NCBI RefSeq assembly: GCF_056746865.1
Contig: NZ_CM163382.1
Direction: 5' to 3' (one strand)
Length of the DNA: 64,000 bases
Part shown: positions 42,346-52,739 of the stretch, in pieces
Layout: every line of letters begins with the position of its first letter
How positions within the stretch are numbered: the first letter of the stretch is position 1
The notes under the pieces: model-generated
What the model saw: the letters and a program-made list of their open reading frames with translations, nothing else
Told to the model about the DNA's origin: nothing
Database searches by the model: none
Program-made: the position numbers and the translations under genes

Positions 42346-42777
42346 ATGTCATTTACTGATATCTATCAGATTTCCGGCTCGGCGATGACGGCGCAAACCA
42401 TTCGTCTGAATACCGTTGCCAGTAACCTGGCGAATGCCAATGCACCTGCCGGCAGCGAGGCGCAGGCGTATAAAGCGCGCAGCCCGGTGTTTGCGGCGGT
42501 GTATCACCACAGCTTGCTGGCGGGAACGCATCGTCATGCCATTGATGGTGCCAGCGTGCAGGTGCAGGACGTGCTGCAAACCGGCGGGGCGGTGAAACGC
42601 TATGAACCGCATTCGCCGCTGGCGGATGCTAACGGGGATGTCTGGTATCCCGACGTCAACGTGGTGGAACAGATGGCGGACATGATGTCGGCCTCGCGCG
42701 ATTTTGAAACCAACGTCGATGTGCTCAACAACGTGAAAAGTATGCAGCAAAGCCTGCTGAAACTGGGAGAAGCCTGA
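42346..42777 (+). CDS. lfgC: Flagellar rod protein FlgC homolog
   Basis: 143-aa ORF with conserved rod N-terminal motif (…TIRLNTVASNLANANA…). Confidence 0.9.
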   Translation: MSFTDIYQISGSAMTAQTIRLNTVASNLANANAPAGSEAQAYKARSPVFAAVYHHSLLAGTHRHAIDGASVQVQDVLQTGGAVKRYEPHSPLADANGDVWYPDVNVVEQMADMMSASRDFETNVDVLNNVKSMQQSLLKLGEA

Positions 42778-43490
42778 TGAATACCCTGGCGCTGAATGCG
42801 CAATCGCCGCAGCCGACCGCCACGGCGGAAAGCAACAACGTGGCAGCCAGCGACACGACAAGCAGCAGCGATAGCTCGCCCGTCGATACCTTCCTGACGC
42901 TGTTTGTCGCTGAGATCCAAAACCAGGACCCGACCGACCCGACTGACGCCACCGAATATATCGACCAGCTTTCTTCGATGGCGCAGGTGGCGATGATGGA
43001 AGAGATGAGCGTGCAGGCCAACACCAACGCGGTGCTGATGAGCAACATTCAGGTGATGGCGCTCGGCAACCTGGTGGGTGACGACATTATGGTGCAGACC
43101 ACCGCCTTGCAGGTGAGCGACCAGACCATTAATGGTCGCGCCACGCTTGACGACGCCTGTACCACCGCCGATCTCCACTTTACCGATGCCGCAGGCGATG
43201 ACTACACCGTCTCGCTGATCCCGCAGGGCAGTTCGTCCGTCGGGCCAGGCCAGGTCGATTTCTCGATTAATCCGGCGGATTACGGTATCCCGCCCGGTGA
43301 TTACGACGTCTCGGTGGTGACCAACACCGGGGAAGAAGAGGTGCCGATTGAAGTTTCCGGCGAAGTGGAAGATGTACGCATCCCGCTCGACGGCGGCTCT
43401 CCGGTGCTCAATGTTGCAGGCGTGGGCGAAGTGCCGTTCACCATGATTAGCCAGTTTGGCGTACCCGATGCCGACAGTGATGTGGCGTGA
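42777..43490 (+). CDS. lfgD: Flagellar hook cap protein FlgD homolog
   Basis: 237-aa ORF; FlgD-like N-terminal region and position. Confidence 0.8.
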   Translation: MNTLALNAQSPQPTATAESNNVAASDTTSSSDSSPVDTFLTLFVAEIQNQDPTDPTDATEYIDQLSSMAQVAMMEEMSVQANTNAVLMSNIQVMALGNLVGDDIMVQTTALQVSDQTINGRATLDDACTTADLHFTDAAGDDYTVSLIPQGSSSVGPGQVDFSINPADYGIPPGDYDVSVVTNTGEEEVPIEVSGEVEDVRIPLDGGSPVLNVAGVGEVPFTMISQFGVPDADSDVA

Positions 43491-43499
43491 TGTCCGGTG

Positions 43500-43597
43500 C
43501 CAAATTGCCTGATGCGCTTCGCTTATCAGGCCTACATGAAACTGCATGGTTTTGTAGGCCGGATAAGGCGTTCACGCCGCATCCGGCAAAACAACGG
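43500..43597. repeat. REP elements between lfgD and lfgE
   Basis: gcctgatgcg…cttatcaggcctaca … gtaggccggataaggcgttcacgccgcatccggca. Confidence 0.65.
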
Positions 43598-43633
43598 GCA
43601 CGCTGTCAAAATTTGAATTAACAGGACGAAACA

Positions 43634-44836
43634 ATGAGTTATGAAATTGCCGCAACGGGGCTGAATGCCGTTAACGAACAGCTCGACGGGATCAGTAACA
43701 ACATCGCCAACGCCGGAACGGTAGGCTATAAGTCGATGACCACCCAGTTTTCAGCCATGTATGCCGGAAGTCAGGCGATGGGCGTCAGCGTGGCAGGCAC
43801 CGCGCAAAGCATTTCGCGCGGCGGTTCGCTGGTCTCCACCGGTAACGCGCTGGATCTGGCGATTAACAACGATGGCTTTTTTGTGACCTGCGACAGCGCG
43901 GGCAACATTTCTTATACCCGCGCCGGATCGTTTGAAACCGACAAAAACGGCTATATTGTCAACGCCTCAGGCGCTTATTTGCAGGGTTATCCGGTCGATG
44001 ACACTGGCACCCTGCAAACCGGTACGGTCACCGATATCCAGATCAAAACCGGCAATATCCCGGCGCAGGCCAGCAGCAGCCTGACCTTTACCGCTAACTT
44101 CGATGCCAGCGACGACGCTATCGACCGCACCACCGTACCATTCGACCCGACCAACAGCAGCTCGTACACCGACAGCTACACCACCACGGTGTATGACTCA
44201 TTGGGTAACGAACATTCGGTATGCCAGTACTTCACCAAAACCAGCGACAACACCTGGGAAGTGCAGTACACCTTCGACGGCCAGCAGCAGACCGGCGTTC
44301 CGGCGACGACATTAACCTTCGACCCGAATACCGGGAAGCTGACCTCGCTAACTACGCCGCAAACCATTGAGTTTCAGACCGACGCCGCCGCGCCCATCGA
44401 CTTAACCGTCGATTACTCCACCTGTACGCAATACGGCTCTGACTTCTCGGTCACCACCAACTCTGCCAACGGCTACGCTTCCGCGACTCAGAACGGTGTG
44501 CAGGTTGATGACGATGGCAAAGTTTACGCCACCTACAGCAACGGCGAGCGCATGTTGCAGGGCCAGGTGGTGCTGGCGACTTTCCCGAATGAAAACGGCC
44601 TGGAGGCAGTGAGCGGCACCGCGTGGGTACAAACCGGGGAATCCGGCACCCCGCTGATTGGCGTTCCAGGCTCCGGTACCTGCGGTACGCTCACGTCCGG
44701 CGTGCTCGAAAGCTCTAACGTCGATATAACCAGCGAGTTAGTCAACCTGATGACCGCCCAGCGTAACTATCAGGCCAACACCAAAGTTATCGCCACCAGC
44801 ACGCAGCTCGATGACGCGCTGTTCCAGGCGATGTAA
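43634..44836 (+). CDS. lfgE: Flagellar hook protein FlgE homolog
   Basis: 400-aa ORF with flagellar axial-protein N-terminus (…NNIANAGTVGYK…) and C-terminus (…ANTKVIATS…). Confidence 0.9.
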   Translation: MSYEIAATGLNAVNEQLDGISNNIANAGTVGYKSMTTQFSAMYAGSQAMGVSVAGTAQSISRGGSLVSTGNALDLAINNDGFFVTCDSAGNISYTRAGSFETDKNGYIVNASGAYLQGYPVDDTGTLQTGTVTDIQIKTGNIPAQASSSLTFTANFDASDDAIDRTTVPFDPTNSSSYTDSYTTTVYDSLGNEHSVCQYFTKTSDNTWEVQYTFDGQQQTGVPATTLTFDPNTGKLTSLTTPQTIEFQTDAAAPIDLTVDYSTCTQYGSDFSVTTNSANGYASATQNGVQVDDDGKVYATYSNGERMLQGQVVLATFPNENGLEAVSGTAWVQTGESGTPLIGVPGSGTCGTLTSGVLESSNVDITSELVNLMTAQRNYQANTKVIATSTQLDDALFQAM

Positions 44837-45573
44837 TGGACCGTTTGATTTATACCGCCCTGAGCGGTGCTTCTCAGACCCTGTACGAGCAGCAGATCAG
44901 CGCCAACAACCTGGCGAACGTCAACACCAACGGTTTTCGCGCCGATATGGCAATGGCAACCAACGACAAGGTGAAAGGCGGCGGCTTCGACACGCGCTAT
45001 ATGGCGCAGGAAGGGGCCAGCGGCGTGAACGACAGCACAGGTGTTGCGGAGAAAACCGAACGCCCGCTGGACGTGGCGATTCAGGGCGCGGGTTACATTG
45101 CGGTGCAGGATAAAAACGGCAACGAAGTCTATACCCGCAACGGCAACATTCAGCAGGATGACCAGGGGCAACTGACCATCGACGGCAATCTGGTGCTGGG
45201 GGATAACGGCCCGATCATTCTGCCGCCGAACGCCATTGCTTCGTTTGGCAGCGACGGCACGCTGTCGGTGACGCCCGATGACGGCGACGTGACTGCAACC
45301 ATGGATATCGACCGCCTGAAGCTGGTGGATATTCCTGTCGCTAACCTGGCGAAAAATCCTGAAGGGATGCTGATAACTGCCGACGGCGTTCCGGCCCAGC
45401 GCGATGAAAATATCAAAGTCAGTGGCGGTTTTCTCGAAGGCAGCAACGTCTCGGCGGTGAGCGAGATGATGTCGTCCATCGCCATGAACCGCCAGTTTGA
45501 AGCGCAGATCAAGATGATGAAAACCGCCGAAGATATCAGCGACGCGGGCAACCGCTTATTGCGCGGCTCGTAA
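44836..45573 (+). CDS. lfgF: Flagellar proximal rod protein FlgF homolog
   Basis: 245-aa ORF with rod N-terminal motif (…ANNLANVNTNGFRA…). Confidence 0.85.
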   Translation: MDRLIYTALSGASQTLYEQQISANNLANVNTNGFRADMAMATNDKVKGGGFDTRYMAQEGASGVNDSTGVAEKTERPLDVAIQGAGYIAVQDKNGNEVYTRNGNIQQDDQGQLTIDGNLVLGDNGPIILPPNAIASFGSDGTLSVTPDDGDVTATMDIDRLKLVDIPVANLAKNPEGMLITADGVPAQRDENIKVSGGFLEGSNVSAVSEMMSSIAMNRQFEAQIKMMKTAEDISDAGNRLLRGS

Positions 45574-45579
45574 CCGCAC

Positions 45580-45718
<139 letters not shown>

Positions 45719-45751
45719 CCGCGGCCGAAAAACAACACGGAATTTACCACC

Positions 45752-46537
45752 ATGAACGCAGCACTATGGATCAGCAAAACCGGCCTCTCGGCGCAGGATG
45801 CTGAAATGAGCGCGATTGCCAACAACATCGCCAACGTTAACACCACCGGCTTCAAGCGTGACCGGGTGATGTTTCAGGATCTGTTCTACCAGACCCAGGA
45901 AGCGCCGGGCGCGATGCTCGATCAGAACAACATCATGCCGACCGGGCTGCAATTCGGTAGCGGCGTGCGCATTGTCGGCACCCAGAAAACCTTCACCGAA
46001 GGCAACGTCGAAACCACCGACAACGCCATGAATGTCGCCATTATGGGGCAGGGGTTTTTGCAGGTGCAAAAGGCCAACGGCGATATCGCCTATACCCGCG
46101 ACGGCAACTTGCAGGTGAACGCCGACGGCGTACTGACCAACTCGCAGGGCTTGCCGTTGCAGCCGGAAATCGACGTTCCGGCGGGGGCGACCAACGTCGC
46201 GTTTGGCGAGGACGGCACGGTGACGGCGATCTTACCCGGCGACAGCGATGTGACCGAGTTAGGGCAACTGACACTGGTGAACTTCGCCAACCCAGCGGGG
46301 CTTTCTGCCGAGGGCGACAACCTGTATCTGGAAACCGCCGCCAGCGGTCAGCCGACCGAAGGTGTGCCGGGCGAAGATGGGCTTGGCACCTTGCAGGACA
46401 ACGCGCTCGAAGGCTCGAACGTGGATATCGTCAACGAAATGGTGGCGATGATTACGGTGCAACGCGCGTACGAGATGAACGCCAAAATGGTGTCGGCAGC
46501 GGACGATATGTTGCAGTACATCAGCCAGACGCTGTAA
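45752..46537 (+). CDS. lfgG: Flagellar distal rod protein FlgG homolog
   Basis: Start MNAALWISKTGLSAQD… within ORF 45626..46537 (the upstream extension translates REP sequence); 261 aa. Confidence 0.9.
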   Translation: MNAALWISKTGLSAQDAEMSAIANNIANVNTTGFKRDRVMFQDLFYQTQEAPGAMLDQNNIMPTGLQFGSGVRIVGTQKTFTEGNVETTDNAMNVAIMGQGFLQVQKANGDIAYTRDGNLQVNADGVLTNSQGLPLQPEIDVPAGATNVAFGEDGTVTAILPGDSDVTELGQLTLVNFANPAGLSAEGDNLYLETAASGQPTEGVPGEDGLGTLQDNALEGSNVDIVNEMVAMITVQRAYEMNAKMVSAADDMLQYISQTL

Positions 46538-46548
46538 GGGAGTGGGGG

Positions 46549-46668
46549 CAACGTGCGGTCTGATGCCCTCACCCCGGCCCTCTCCCACAGGGAGAGGGGG
46601 AAAAGCGGTGCACGATGTAACAACGCGCACAGGTCAGTCCCCTCTCCCTTGAGGGAGAGGGTTAGGGT
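46549..46668. repeat. GC-rich palindromic intergenic repeat (same family as 39198..39315)
   Basis: ctgatgccctcaccccggccctctcccacagggagaggg … cccctctcccttgagggagagggttagggtgaggggg. Confidence 0.6.
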
Positions 46669-46743
46669 GAGGGGGAACAAACAGCTCCGCACCCACTAAA
46701 CAACCGGCCACCCCCGTGGCCTGCAACACTAAACAGGCAGAAC

Positions 46744-47409
46744 GTGAAAAATTATCTCTGGCTGGTGGCGCTGCTTCCACTCCTTAGCGGGTGTGAATCA
46801 CAGGCCATTCTGGTCAAAAAAGACGACGCATACTTTGCGCCACCCAAAACCGAAGCGCCGCCTCCGGCAGACGGGCGTGCCGGGGGCGTGTTTGAAACTG
46901 GCTACAACTGGTCGCTAACCGCCGACCGGCGGGCTTACCGCGTGGGCGATATCCTGACGGTGATCCTCGAAGAATCTACCCAGTCGAGCAAACAGGCGAA
47001 AACCAACTTCGGCAAAAACAACACCGTCGATATCGGCGCGCCGACCATTTTTGGTCACACCAAAGATAAGCTTTCCGGCTCTATCGACGCCAACCGCGAC
47101 TTTGACGGCAGCGCCACTTCCCAGCAGCAGAACAGCCTGCGCGGGGAGATCACCGTTTCCGTCCATGCGGTGCAGCCCAACGGCATTCTGGAAATTCGCG
47201 GCGAAAAATGGCTCACCCTCAACCAGGGTGATGAGTACATCCGCTTAAGCGGCCTGGTGCGCGCCGACGATATCCAGAACGACAACTCGGTTTCCTCCCA
47301 GCGGATCGCCGACGCCCGCATTTCCTATGCCGGACGCGGCGCGTTAAGCGACGCCAACGCCGCAGGCTGGCTGACGCGGTTGTTTAACCATCCTCTGTTC
47401 CCGATTTAA
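46744..47409 (+). CDS. lfgH: Flagellar L-ring lipoprotein FlgH homolog
   Basis: 221-aa ORF with lipoprotein signal (LLPLLSGC) and FlgH-like content. Confidence 0.9.
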   Translation: MKNYLWLVALLPLLSGCESQAILVKKDDAYFAPPKTEAPPPADGRAGGVFETGYNWSLTADRRAYRVGDILTVILEESTQSSKQAKTNFGKNNTVDIGAPTIFGHTKDKLSGSIDANRDFDGSATSQQQNSLRGEITVSVHAVQPNGILEIRGEKWLTLNQGDEYIRLSGLVRADDIQNDNSVSSQRIADARISYAGRGALSDANAAGWLTRLFNHPLFPI

Positions 47410-48524
47410 TGCCGGAGAGTGCAATGCAAAACTGGATAAAGGCCGCAGCGATCGCTGTAAGCCTGGCGCTGCCCGGCGTGGCGCTGGCGCAATCGCTGGA
47501 GTCGCTGGTCAACGTACAGGGCGTGCGTGAAAACCAACTGGTCGGCTACAGCCTGGTGGTCGGCCTCGACGGCACGGGTGATAAAAACCAGGTCAAATTC
47601 ACCAACCAGACCATCACCAATATGCTGCGCCAGTTTGGCGTGCAGCTGCCGAATAAAATCGACCCGAAGGTGAAAAACGTCGCGGCGGTGGCGGTGAGCG
47701 CCACGCTGCCGCCGATGTACTCGCGCGGGCAGACCATTGACGTCACCGTTTCGTCGATTGGCGATGCCAAAAGTATTCGCGGCGGCACTTTATTGCTTAC
47801 GCAGCTGCACGGCGCAGATGGCGAAGTGTATGCCCTGGCGCAGGGAAGTGTGGTGGTGGGCGGGATGAATGCCACCGGGGCCAGCGGTTCCAGCGTGACG
47901 GTTAACACACCGACCGCCGGGTTAATTCCCAACGGCGCGACGGTGGAGCGTGAGATCCCCAGCGATTTTCAGATGGGCGACACCATCACCCTCAACCTGA
48001 AACGCCCGTCGTTTAAAGATGCCAACAATATTGCGGCGGCGATCAACGCTTCGTTTGGCGGCATCGCCACCGCGCAGAGTTCCACCAACGTTACCGTGCG
48101 CGCGCCCACCAGCCCCGGCGCGCGGGTGGCGTTTATGTCGCAACTGGATGATGTACAGGTGCAGGCAGAGAAAATCCGCGCCCGCGTGGTGTTTAACTCG
48201 CGCACTGGCACGGTGGTAATGGGCGATGGCGTTGCGCTGCACGCGGCGGCGGTGTCGCACGGCAGTTTGACCGTCTCGATTAACGAAACCAGCAACGTCA
48301 GCCAGCCGAATGCCTTTGCGGGCGGGCGCACGGCGGTAACGCCGCAGAGCAATATCGCGGTGAATCACGCCCGTCCGGGGGTGGTGAGTTTGCCGGAGTC
48401 GAGCAGCCTGAAAACGTTGGTTAATGCGTTGAACAGTTTAGGCGCGACGCCGGATGACATTATGTCGATTTTGCAGGCGCTGCATGAAGCGGGCGCGCTG
48501 GATGCCGACCTGGAGGTGATCTGA
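47409..48524 (+). CDS. lfgI: Flagellar P-ring protein FlgI homolog
   Basis: 371-aa ORF with signal peptide and FlgI-like content. Confidence 0.9.
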   Translation: MPESAMQNWIKAAAIAVSLALPGVALAQSLESLVNVQGVRENQLVGYSLVVGLDGTGDKNQVKFTNQTITNMLRQFGVQLPNKIDPKVKNVAAVAVSATLPPMYSRGQTIDVTVSSIGDAKSIRGGTLLLTQLHGADGEVYALAQGSVVVGGMNATGASGSSVTVNTPTAGLIPNGATVEREIPSDFQMGDTITLNLKRPSFKDANNIAAAINASFGGIATAQSSTNVTVRAPTSPGARVAFMSQLDDVQVQAEKIRARVVFNSRTGTVVMGDGVALHAAAVSHGSLTVSINETSNVSQPNAFAGGRTAVTPQSNIAVNHARPGVVSLPESSSLKTLVNALNSLGATPDDIMSILQALHEAGALDADLEVI

Positions 48525-48823
48525 TGAAAGTTAACGGCAGCGGCGGGATTGATGGCAGCGACGCATTAATGGGGCCGAAGGTTCAGGCCAATGATATCAA
48601 GCAGGCTGCGGAACAGTTTGAGGCGATTTTTTTACGCAACATGTTGAAAGAGATGCGTAAAACCAACGAGTTGTTCGATTCGAAAGATAACCCGTTTAAC
48701 AGCGATTCGGTGCGCATGATGCAGGGGTTTTATGACGATGAGTTGTGTAACACCCTGGCGCAGCAGCACGGGATTGGGATTGCGGCGATGATTGTGAAGC
48801 AGTTGTCGCCGAAGCATAAATGA
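48524..48823 (+). CDS. lfgJ: FlgJ-like rod-binding protein (no peptidoglycan hydrolase domain)
   Basis: 99-aa ORF at the FlgJ position with a rod-binding-type sequence (…AAEQFEAIFLRNMLKEMRKT…) and no muramidase region. Confidence 0.75.
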   Translation: MKVNGSGGIDGSDALMGPKVQANDIKQAAEQFEAIFLRNMLKEMRKTNELFDSKDNPFNSDSVRMMQGFYDDELCNTLAQQHGIGIAAMIVKQLSPKHK

Positions 48824-48835
48824 GGCTCCGACGTT

Positions 48836-48933
48836 CGGTGCCTGATGCGACGCTGGCGCGTCTTATCAGGCCTACGAGTCGCCCGTATGTAGGCCGGATA
48901 AGGCGTTCACGCCGCATCCGGCACCCGGTTTAC
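48836..48933. repeat. REP elements between lfgJ and lfgK
   Basis: cctgatgcgacgctggcgcgtcttatcaggcctac … gtaggccggataaggcgttcacgccgcatccggca. Confidence 0.7.
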
Positions 48934-48998
48934 GGAACTTAAGAATCCCCAACCTAACGCCGCTTTTAACCGGCACGATTTACCGGTAAGGATCCAAC

Positions 48999-50375
48999 AT
49001 GGACATGATTAACATCGGCTACAGCGGCGCATCAACCGCGCAGGTGGAGCTGAACGTCACGGCGCAAAACACCGCCAACACCATGACCACGGGCTACACC
49101 CGTCAGGTGGCGGAGATCAGCACCATCGGTGCCAGCGGCGGTTCGCCGAACAGCGCCGGTAACGGCGTGCAGGTCGATAGCATTCGCCGCGTCTCCAACC
49201 AGTATCAGGTGAATCAGGTGTGGTATGCCGCCAGCGATTACGGCTATTACAGCACCCAGCAAGGGTATCTCACGCAACTGGAAGCGGTACTGAGCGACGA
49301 TAACAGCAGCCTGAGCGGCGGCTTCGATAACTTTTTCGCCGCCCTTAACGAAGCGACCACCAGCCCCGATGATTCCGCCCTGCGCGAGCAGGTGATCAGC
49401 GAAGCCGGGGCGCTGTCGCTGCGTATCGACAACACGCTGGATTACATCGACTCGCAAAGCACGGAAATCATCAGCCAGCAGCAGGCGATGGTGTCGCAAA
49501 TTAATACGCTCACCAGCGGTATCGCCAGCTATAACCAGCAAATCGCTCAGGCCGAAGCCAACGGCGATAACGCCTCCGCGCTGTACGACGCCCGCGACCA
49601 GATGGTGGAAGAACTCAGCGGGATGATGGATGTGCAGGTCAATATCGACGACCAGGGCAACTACAACGTTACCCTGAAAAACGGTCAACCGCTGGTGAGC
49701 GGGCAGCAAAGCTCGACCATCGCGCTGGAAACCAACGCCGACGGCACGCCGACCATGTCGCTGACCTTCGCCGGAACCACCTCGACGATGACCACCGACA
49801 CTGGAGGTTCATTAGGCGCACTGTTTGATTATCAAAACGACGTGCTGACGCCGCTGACCGACACCATCAACAGCATGGCGTCGCAGTTTGCCGATGCGGT
49901 CAACAATCAACTGGCGCAGGGCTACGATCTCAACGGCAACCCCGGCGAGCCGCTGTTTATTTATGACGCCAGCAACGCCGATGGCCCGCTGACCGTCAAC
50001 CCGGATATCACCGCCGATGAGCTGGCGTTTTCCAGTTCACCGGACGAAAGCGGTAACAGCGACAACTTACAGGCGCTGATCAATATCTCCACCGAACCGC
50101 TGGAGATAGCCAACCTCGGCAGCGTGACGGTCGGGCAGGCGTGCTCGTCAATCATCAGCAATATCGGCATTTACAGCCAGCAAAACCAGACGGAAGTCGA
50201 TGCCGCGTCCAATGTCTATTCCGCAGCGCAAAACCAGCAGAGCAGCGTCAGCGGCGTCAGCATGGACGAAGAGGCGGTTAACCTGATCACCTATCAACAA
50301 ATTTATGAAGCCAATCTGAAAGTCATTTCCGCCGGGGCCGAGATTTTCGATTCGGTGCTGGAAATGTGCAGCTAA
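48999..50375 (+). CDS. lfgK: Hook-associated protein 1 FlgK homolog
   Basis: 458-aa ORF with axial-protein termini and position after flgJ. Confidence 0.85.
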   Translation: MDMINIGYSGASTAQVELNVTAQNTANTMTTGYTRQVAEISTIGASGGSPNSAGNGVQVDSIRRVSNQYQVNQVWYAASDYGYYSTQQGYLTQLEAVLSDDNSSLSGGFDNFFAALNEATTSPDDSALREQVISEAGALSLRIDNTLDYIDSQSTEIISQQQAMVSQINTLTSGIASYNQQIAQAEANGDNASALYDARDQMVEELSGMMDVQVNIDDQGNYNVTLKNGQPLVSGQQSSTIALETNADGTPTMSLTFAGTTSTMTTDTGGSLGALFDYQNDVLTPLTDTINSMASQFADAVNNQLAQGYDLNGNPGEPLFIYDASNADGPLTVNPDITADELAFSSSPDESGNSDNLQALINISTEPLEIANLGSVTVGQACSSIISNIGIYSQQNQTEVDAASNVYSAAQNQQSSVSGVSMDEEAVNLITYQQIYEANLKVISAGAEIFDSVLEMCS

Positions 50376-50389
50376 GCGGGAGCGCGAAA

Positions 50390-51319
50390 ATGCGAGTAAC
50401 CACCCAACAAACCTACGTCTCGATGACGCAAAGTTTTAATAATCTCTCCGGCGATCTGGCGCATGTGGTCGAGCAGATGGCAACCGGCAAGGAAATTTTG
50501 CAGCCGTCGGATGACCCGATCGCCGCCACGCGCATCACCCAGTTGAACCGCCAACAGTCGGCGATTGAGCAGTATCAGAGCAATATCGACTCCGCGTCGG
50601 CGGGGTTAAGTCAGCAGGAATCAATCCTTGATGGCGTCAACAACAGCCTGCTGGCGGTGCGCGACGACCTGCTGGAAGCGGCGAATGGCACCAATACCGC
50701 CGATTCGCTCGCAAGTCTCGGGCAGGATATTGAGTCGCTCACCGAATCAATGGTCGTGGCGCTGAACTATCAGGACGAAGACGGGCATTACGTGTTTGGC
50801 GGTACCATCAACGATCAGCCGCCGATTGTGGCGGTGGACGATGACGGCGATGGCGTGACCGACAGCTACAGCTATCAGGGCAACAGCGACCACCGCCAGA
50901 CCACGGTGTCGAACGGCGTGGAAGTGGATACCAACGTGGCGGCGAGCGATTTCTTCGGCAGCAATTTAGATGTGCTCAACACACTGAATACCCTGTCGCA
51001 GGAGTTGCAAGACCCAAACGTTGACCCGGCCGATCCGCAGGTGCAGAGCGATATTCAGAACGCCGTTGATGTGGTGGACACCGCCTCGGATAACCTCAAC
51101 GCCTCGATTGCGTCGCTCGGCGAGACGCAGAACACCATGTCGATGTTGAGCGATGCGCAGACCGATATCTCTACCTCTAATGATGAGCTGATTGGTTCAT
51201 TACAGGATCTCGATTACGGCCCGGCGTCGATCACCTTTACCGGACTGGAAGTAGCAATGGAAGCTACCCTCAAGACTTACTCGAAAGTGAGTGAGTTGAA
51301 TTTGTTCAGCGTTCTCTAA
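50390..51319 (+). CDS. lfgL: Hook-associated protein 3 FlgL homolog
   Basis: Start MRVTTQQTYVSM… within ORF 50366..51319; flagellin-like N-terminus. Confidence 0.8.
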   Translation: MRVTTQQTYVSMTQSFNNLSGDLAHVVEQMATGKEILQPSDDPIAATRITQLNRQQSAIEQYQSNIDSASAGLSQQESILDGVNNSLLAVRDDLLEAANGTNTADSLASLGQDIESLTESMVVALNYQDEDGHYVFGGTINDQPPIVAVDDDGDGVTDSYSYQGNSDHRQTTVSNGVEVDTNVAASDFFGSNLDVLNTLNTLSQELQDPNVDPADPQVQSDIQNAVDVVDTASDNLNASIASLGETQNTMSMLSDAQTDISTSNDELIGSLQDLDYGPASITFTGLEVAMEATLKTYSKVSELNLFSVL

Positions 51320-51335
51320 CTCTTTCAGGAACAGT

Positions 51336-52313
51336 ATGCAGGTCGGACTTACATCTTCGTCACTCGCCACCGGCGGCGCGCATAGCGCTGCGGTATCGTC
51401 GTCAACCGTTGCGCCCACTCAGGCGGTGCGGCAAAAACTCCCGGCGACGGCGAGTGAATATCCGGCCTCGCCGCTGATTACCACTCGCCCGCAGCGTTAC
51501 AGCGTGCAGCTTAACGACCAGCTCACCACGTTGCAGCAGGCGGATCACTATCTCGGGCAACTGGAGCAGCAGTTGCTCGATTATCGTCACAGCCAGCGCA
51601 AAGGCGGGCAGGCGCAGAGTTCGGCGCTGATGCAGATGCTGGACAAACGCACCGCGCTTTCCGGCGGTGCGGTGGACCGCCAGTTGCAGCCAGTGTTGCA
51701 GGGGGAAGCGCGGGTGACTTTTCACTCGCCGGATCTGGCGAATCTGGTACACAATCCCACGCCGGGAACGCGCATGTTCAGCGTCTCTGACGGGCGGCAG
51801 ACTCAGCTTTCGGCGGTGATGCTGTCTGAGGATGACAGCGCTGGGCAGTACCAGACGCGGCTGACCAACGCCCTGCGCCGCGTGGGCGTGCAGATGCATC
51901 AAAACGCCGATGGTATAAGTTTCTCCACCACTGAAAAACAGTGGCCCAACATTGAAAGCACCCTAAGCGTGCGCACCGATGGTGATAAATCAGCGTTTAT
52001 GCCACTAAAAACCTTTGCCGAACCGTCGCAGGCGGACCGCTTAGTGCAAAGCCTGCAACAGGGCGGAGCGGGGATTTCTCAGACGTTAGAAAGCATTAAT
52101 CAGCAGCGTGTGCAGATGGCGGTACAGCAGGAAAAGGCGCGGCAGTTGATCGACGGCATGTCGCGCTTCCCGCAAACGGAAAGCGCCGTGCAGGCGTCGG
52201 AAAATCTCGGCGGCGTGCTGGATAGCGCCAATCATAACTATCAGGTTTTATTGCAGGCGGTGAACGGTCAGGCGCGAATTTCCAGCCAGACGGTGAGGAG
52301 TTTATTGGGTTAG
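51336..52313 (+). CDS. lafW: Lateral-flagellar protein LafW-like (function uncertain)
   Basis: 325-aa ORF after flgL; assignment by position in the Flag-2 gene order. Confidence 0.5.
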   Translation: MQVGLTSSSLATGGAHSAAVSSSTVAPTQAVRQKLPATASEYPASPLITTRPQRYSVQLNDQLTTLQQADHYLGQLEQQLLDYRHSQRKGGQAQSSALMQMLDKRTALSGGAVDRQLQPVLQGEARVTFHSPDLANLVHNPTPGTRMFSVSDGRQTQLSAVMLSEDDSAGQYQTRLTNALRRVGVQMHQNADGISFSTTEKQWPNIESTLSVRTDGDKSAFMPLKTFAEPSQADRLVQSLQQGGAGISQTLESINQQRVQMAVQQEKARQLIDGMSRFPQTESAVQASENLGGVLDSANHNYQVLLQAVNGQARISSQTVRSLLG

Positions 52314-52334
52314 GGTTATTGTCATTGTTGCTTT

Positions 52335-52376
52335 TATAGCTATTAAGCTATAGTTTATCTATAGCATAAAAGCTAT
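52335..52376. promoter_or_regulatory. Tandem palindromic operator-like sites upstream of the toxin gene
   Basis: TATAGCtattaaGCTATA and TATAGCataaaaGCTAT, two inverted-repeat pairs ending about 10 bp before the toxin ATG. Confidence 0.55.
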
Positions 52377-52385
52377 GAGGGACCG

Positions 52386-52730
52386 ATGATGTGGGACGTC
52401 GAGACAACGGAGACTTTCGACAACTGGTTTGATGCCCAGACTGTTGCGCTGAAAGAAGATTTACTTGCTGCAATGCTGATTCTTGCTGAGTATGGCCCAC
52501 AGTTGGGCAGACCCTTTGCGGATACGGTTAATGATTCACAGTTTTCAAATATGAAAGAATTACGCGTCCAACATCAGGGAAACCCGGTACGTGCTTTTTT
52601 TGCTTTCGATCCTGCGCGCCGTGGCATTGTATTATGTGCGGGTGATAAAACGGGGTTAAATGAGAAAAAGTTTTATCGCGATATGATCAAGCTCGCTGAT
52701 TCTGAATACCGTAAGCATCTGAAAAAGTAA
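52386..52730 (+). CDS. Type II toxin, RelE/ParE superfamily (HigB-like)
   Basis: 114-aa ORF MMWDVETTETFDNWFDAQ…GNPVRAFFAFDPARRGIVLCAGDKTG…, the toxin class usually encoded upstream of an HTH antitoxin. Confidence 0.7.
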   Translation: MMWDVETTETFDNWFDAQTVALKEDLLAAMLILAEYGPQLGRPFADTVNDSQFSNMKELRVQHQGNPVRAFFAFDPARRGIVLCAGDKTGLNEKKFYRDMIKLADSEYRKHLKK

Positions 52731-52739
52731 GGAACGATA

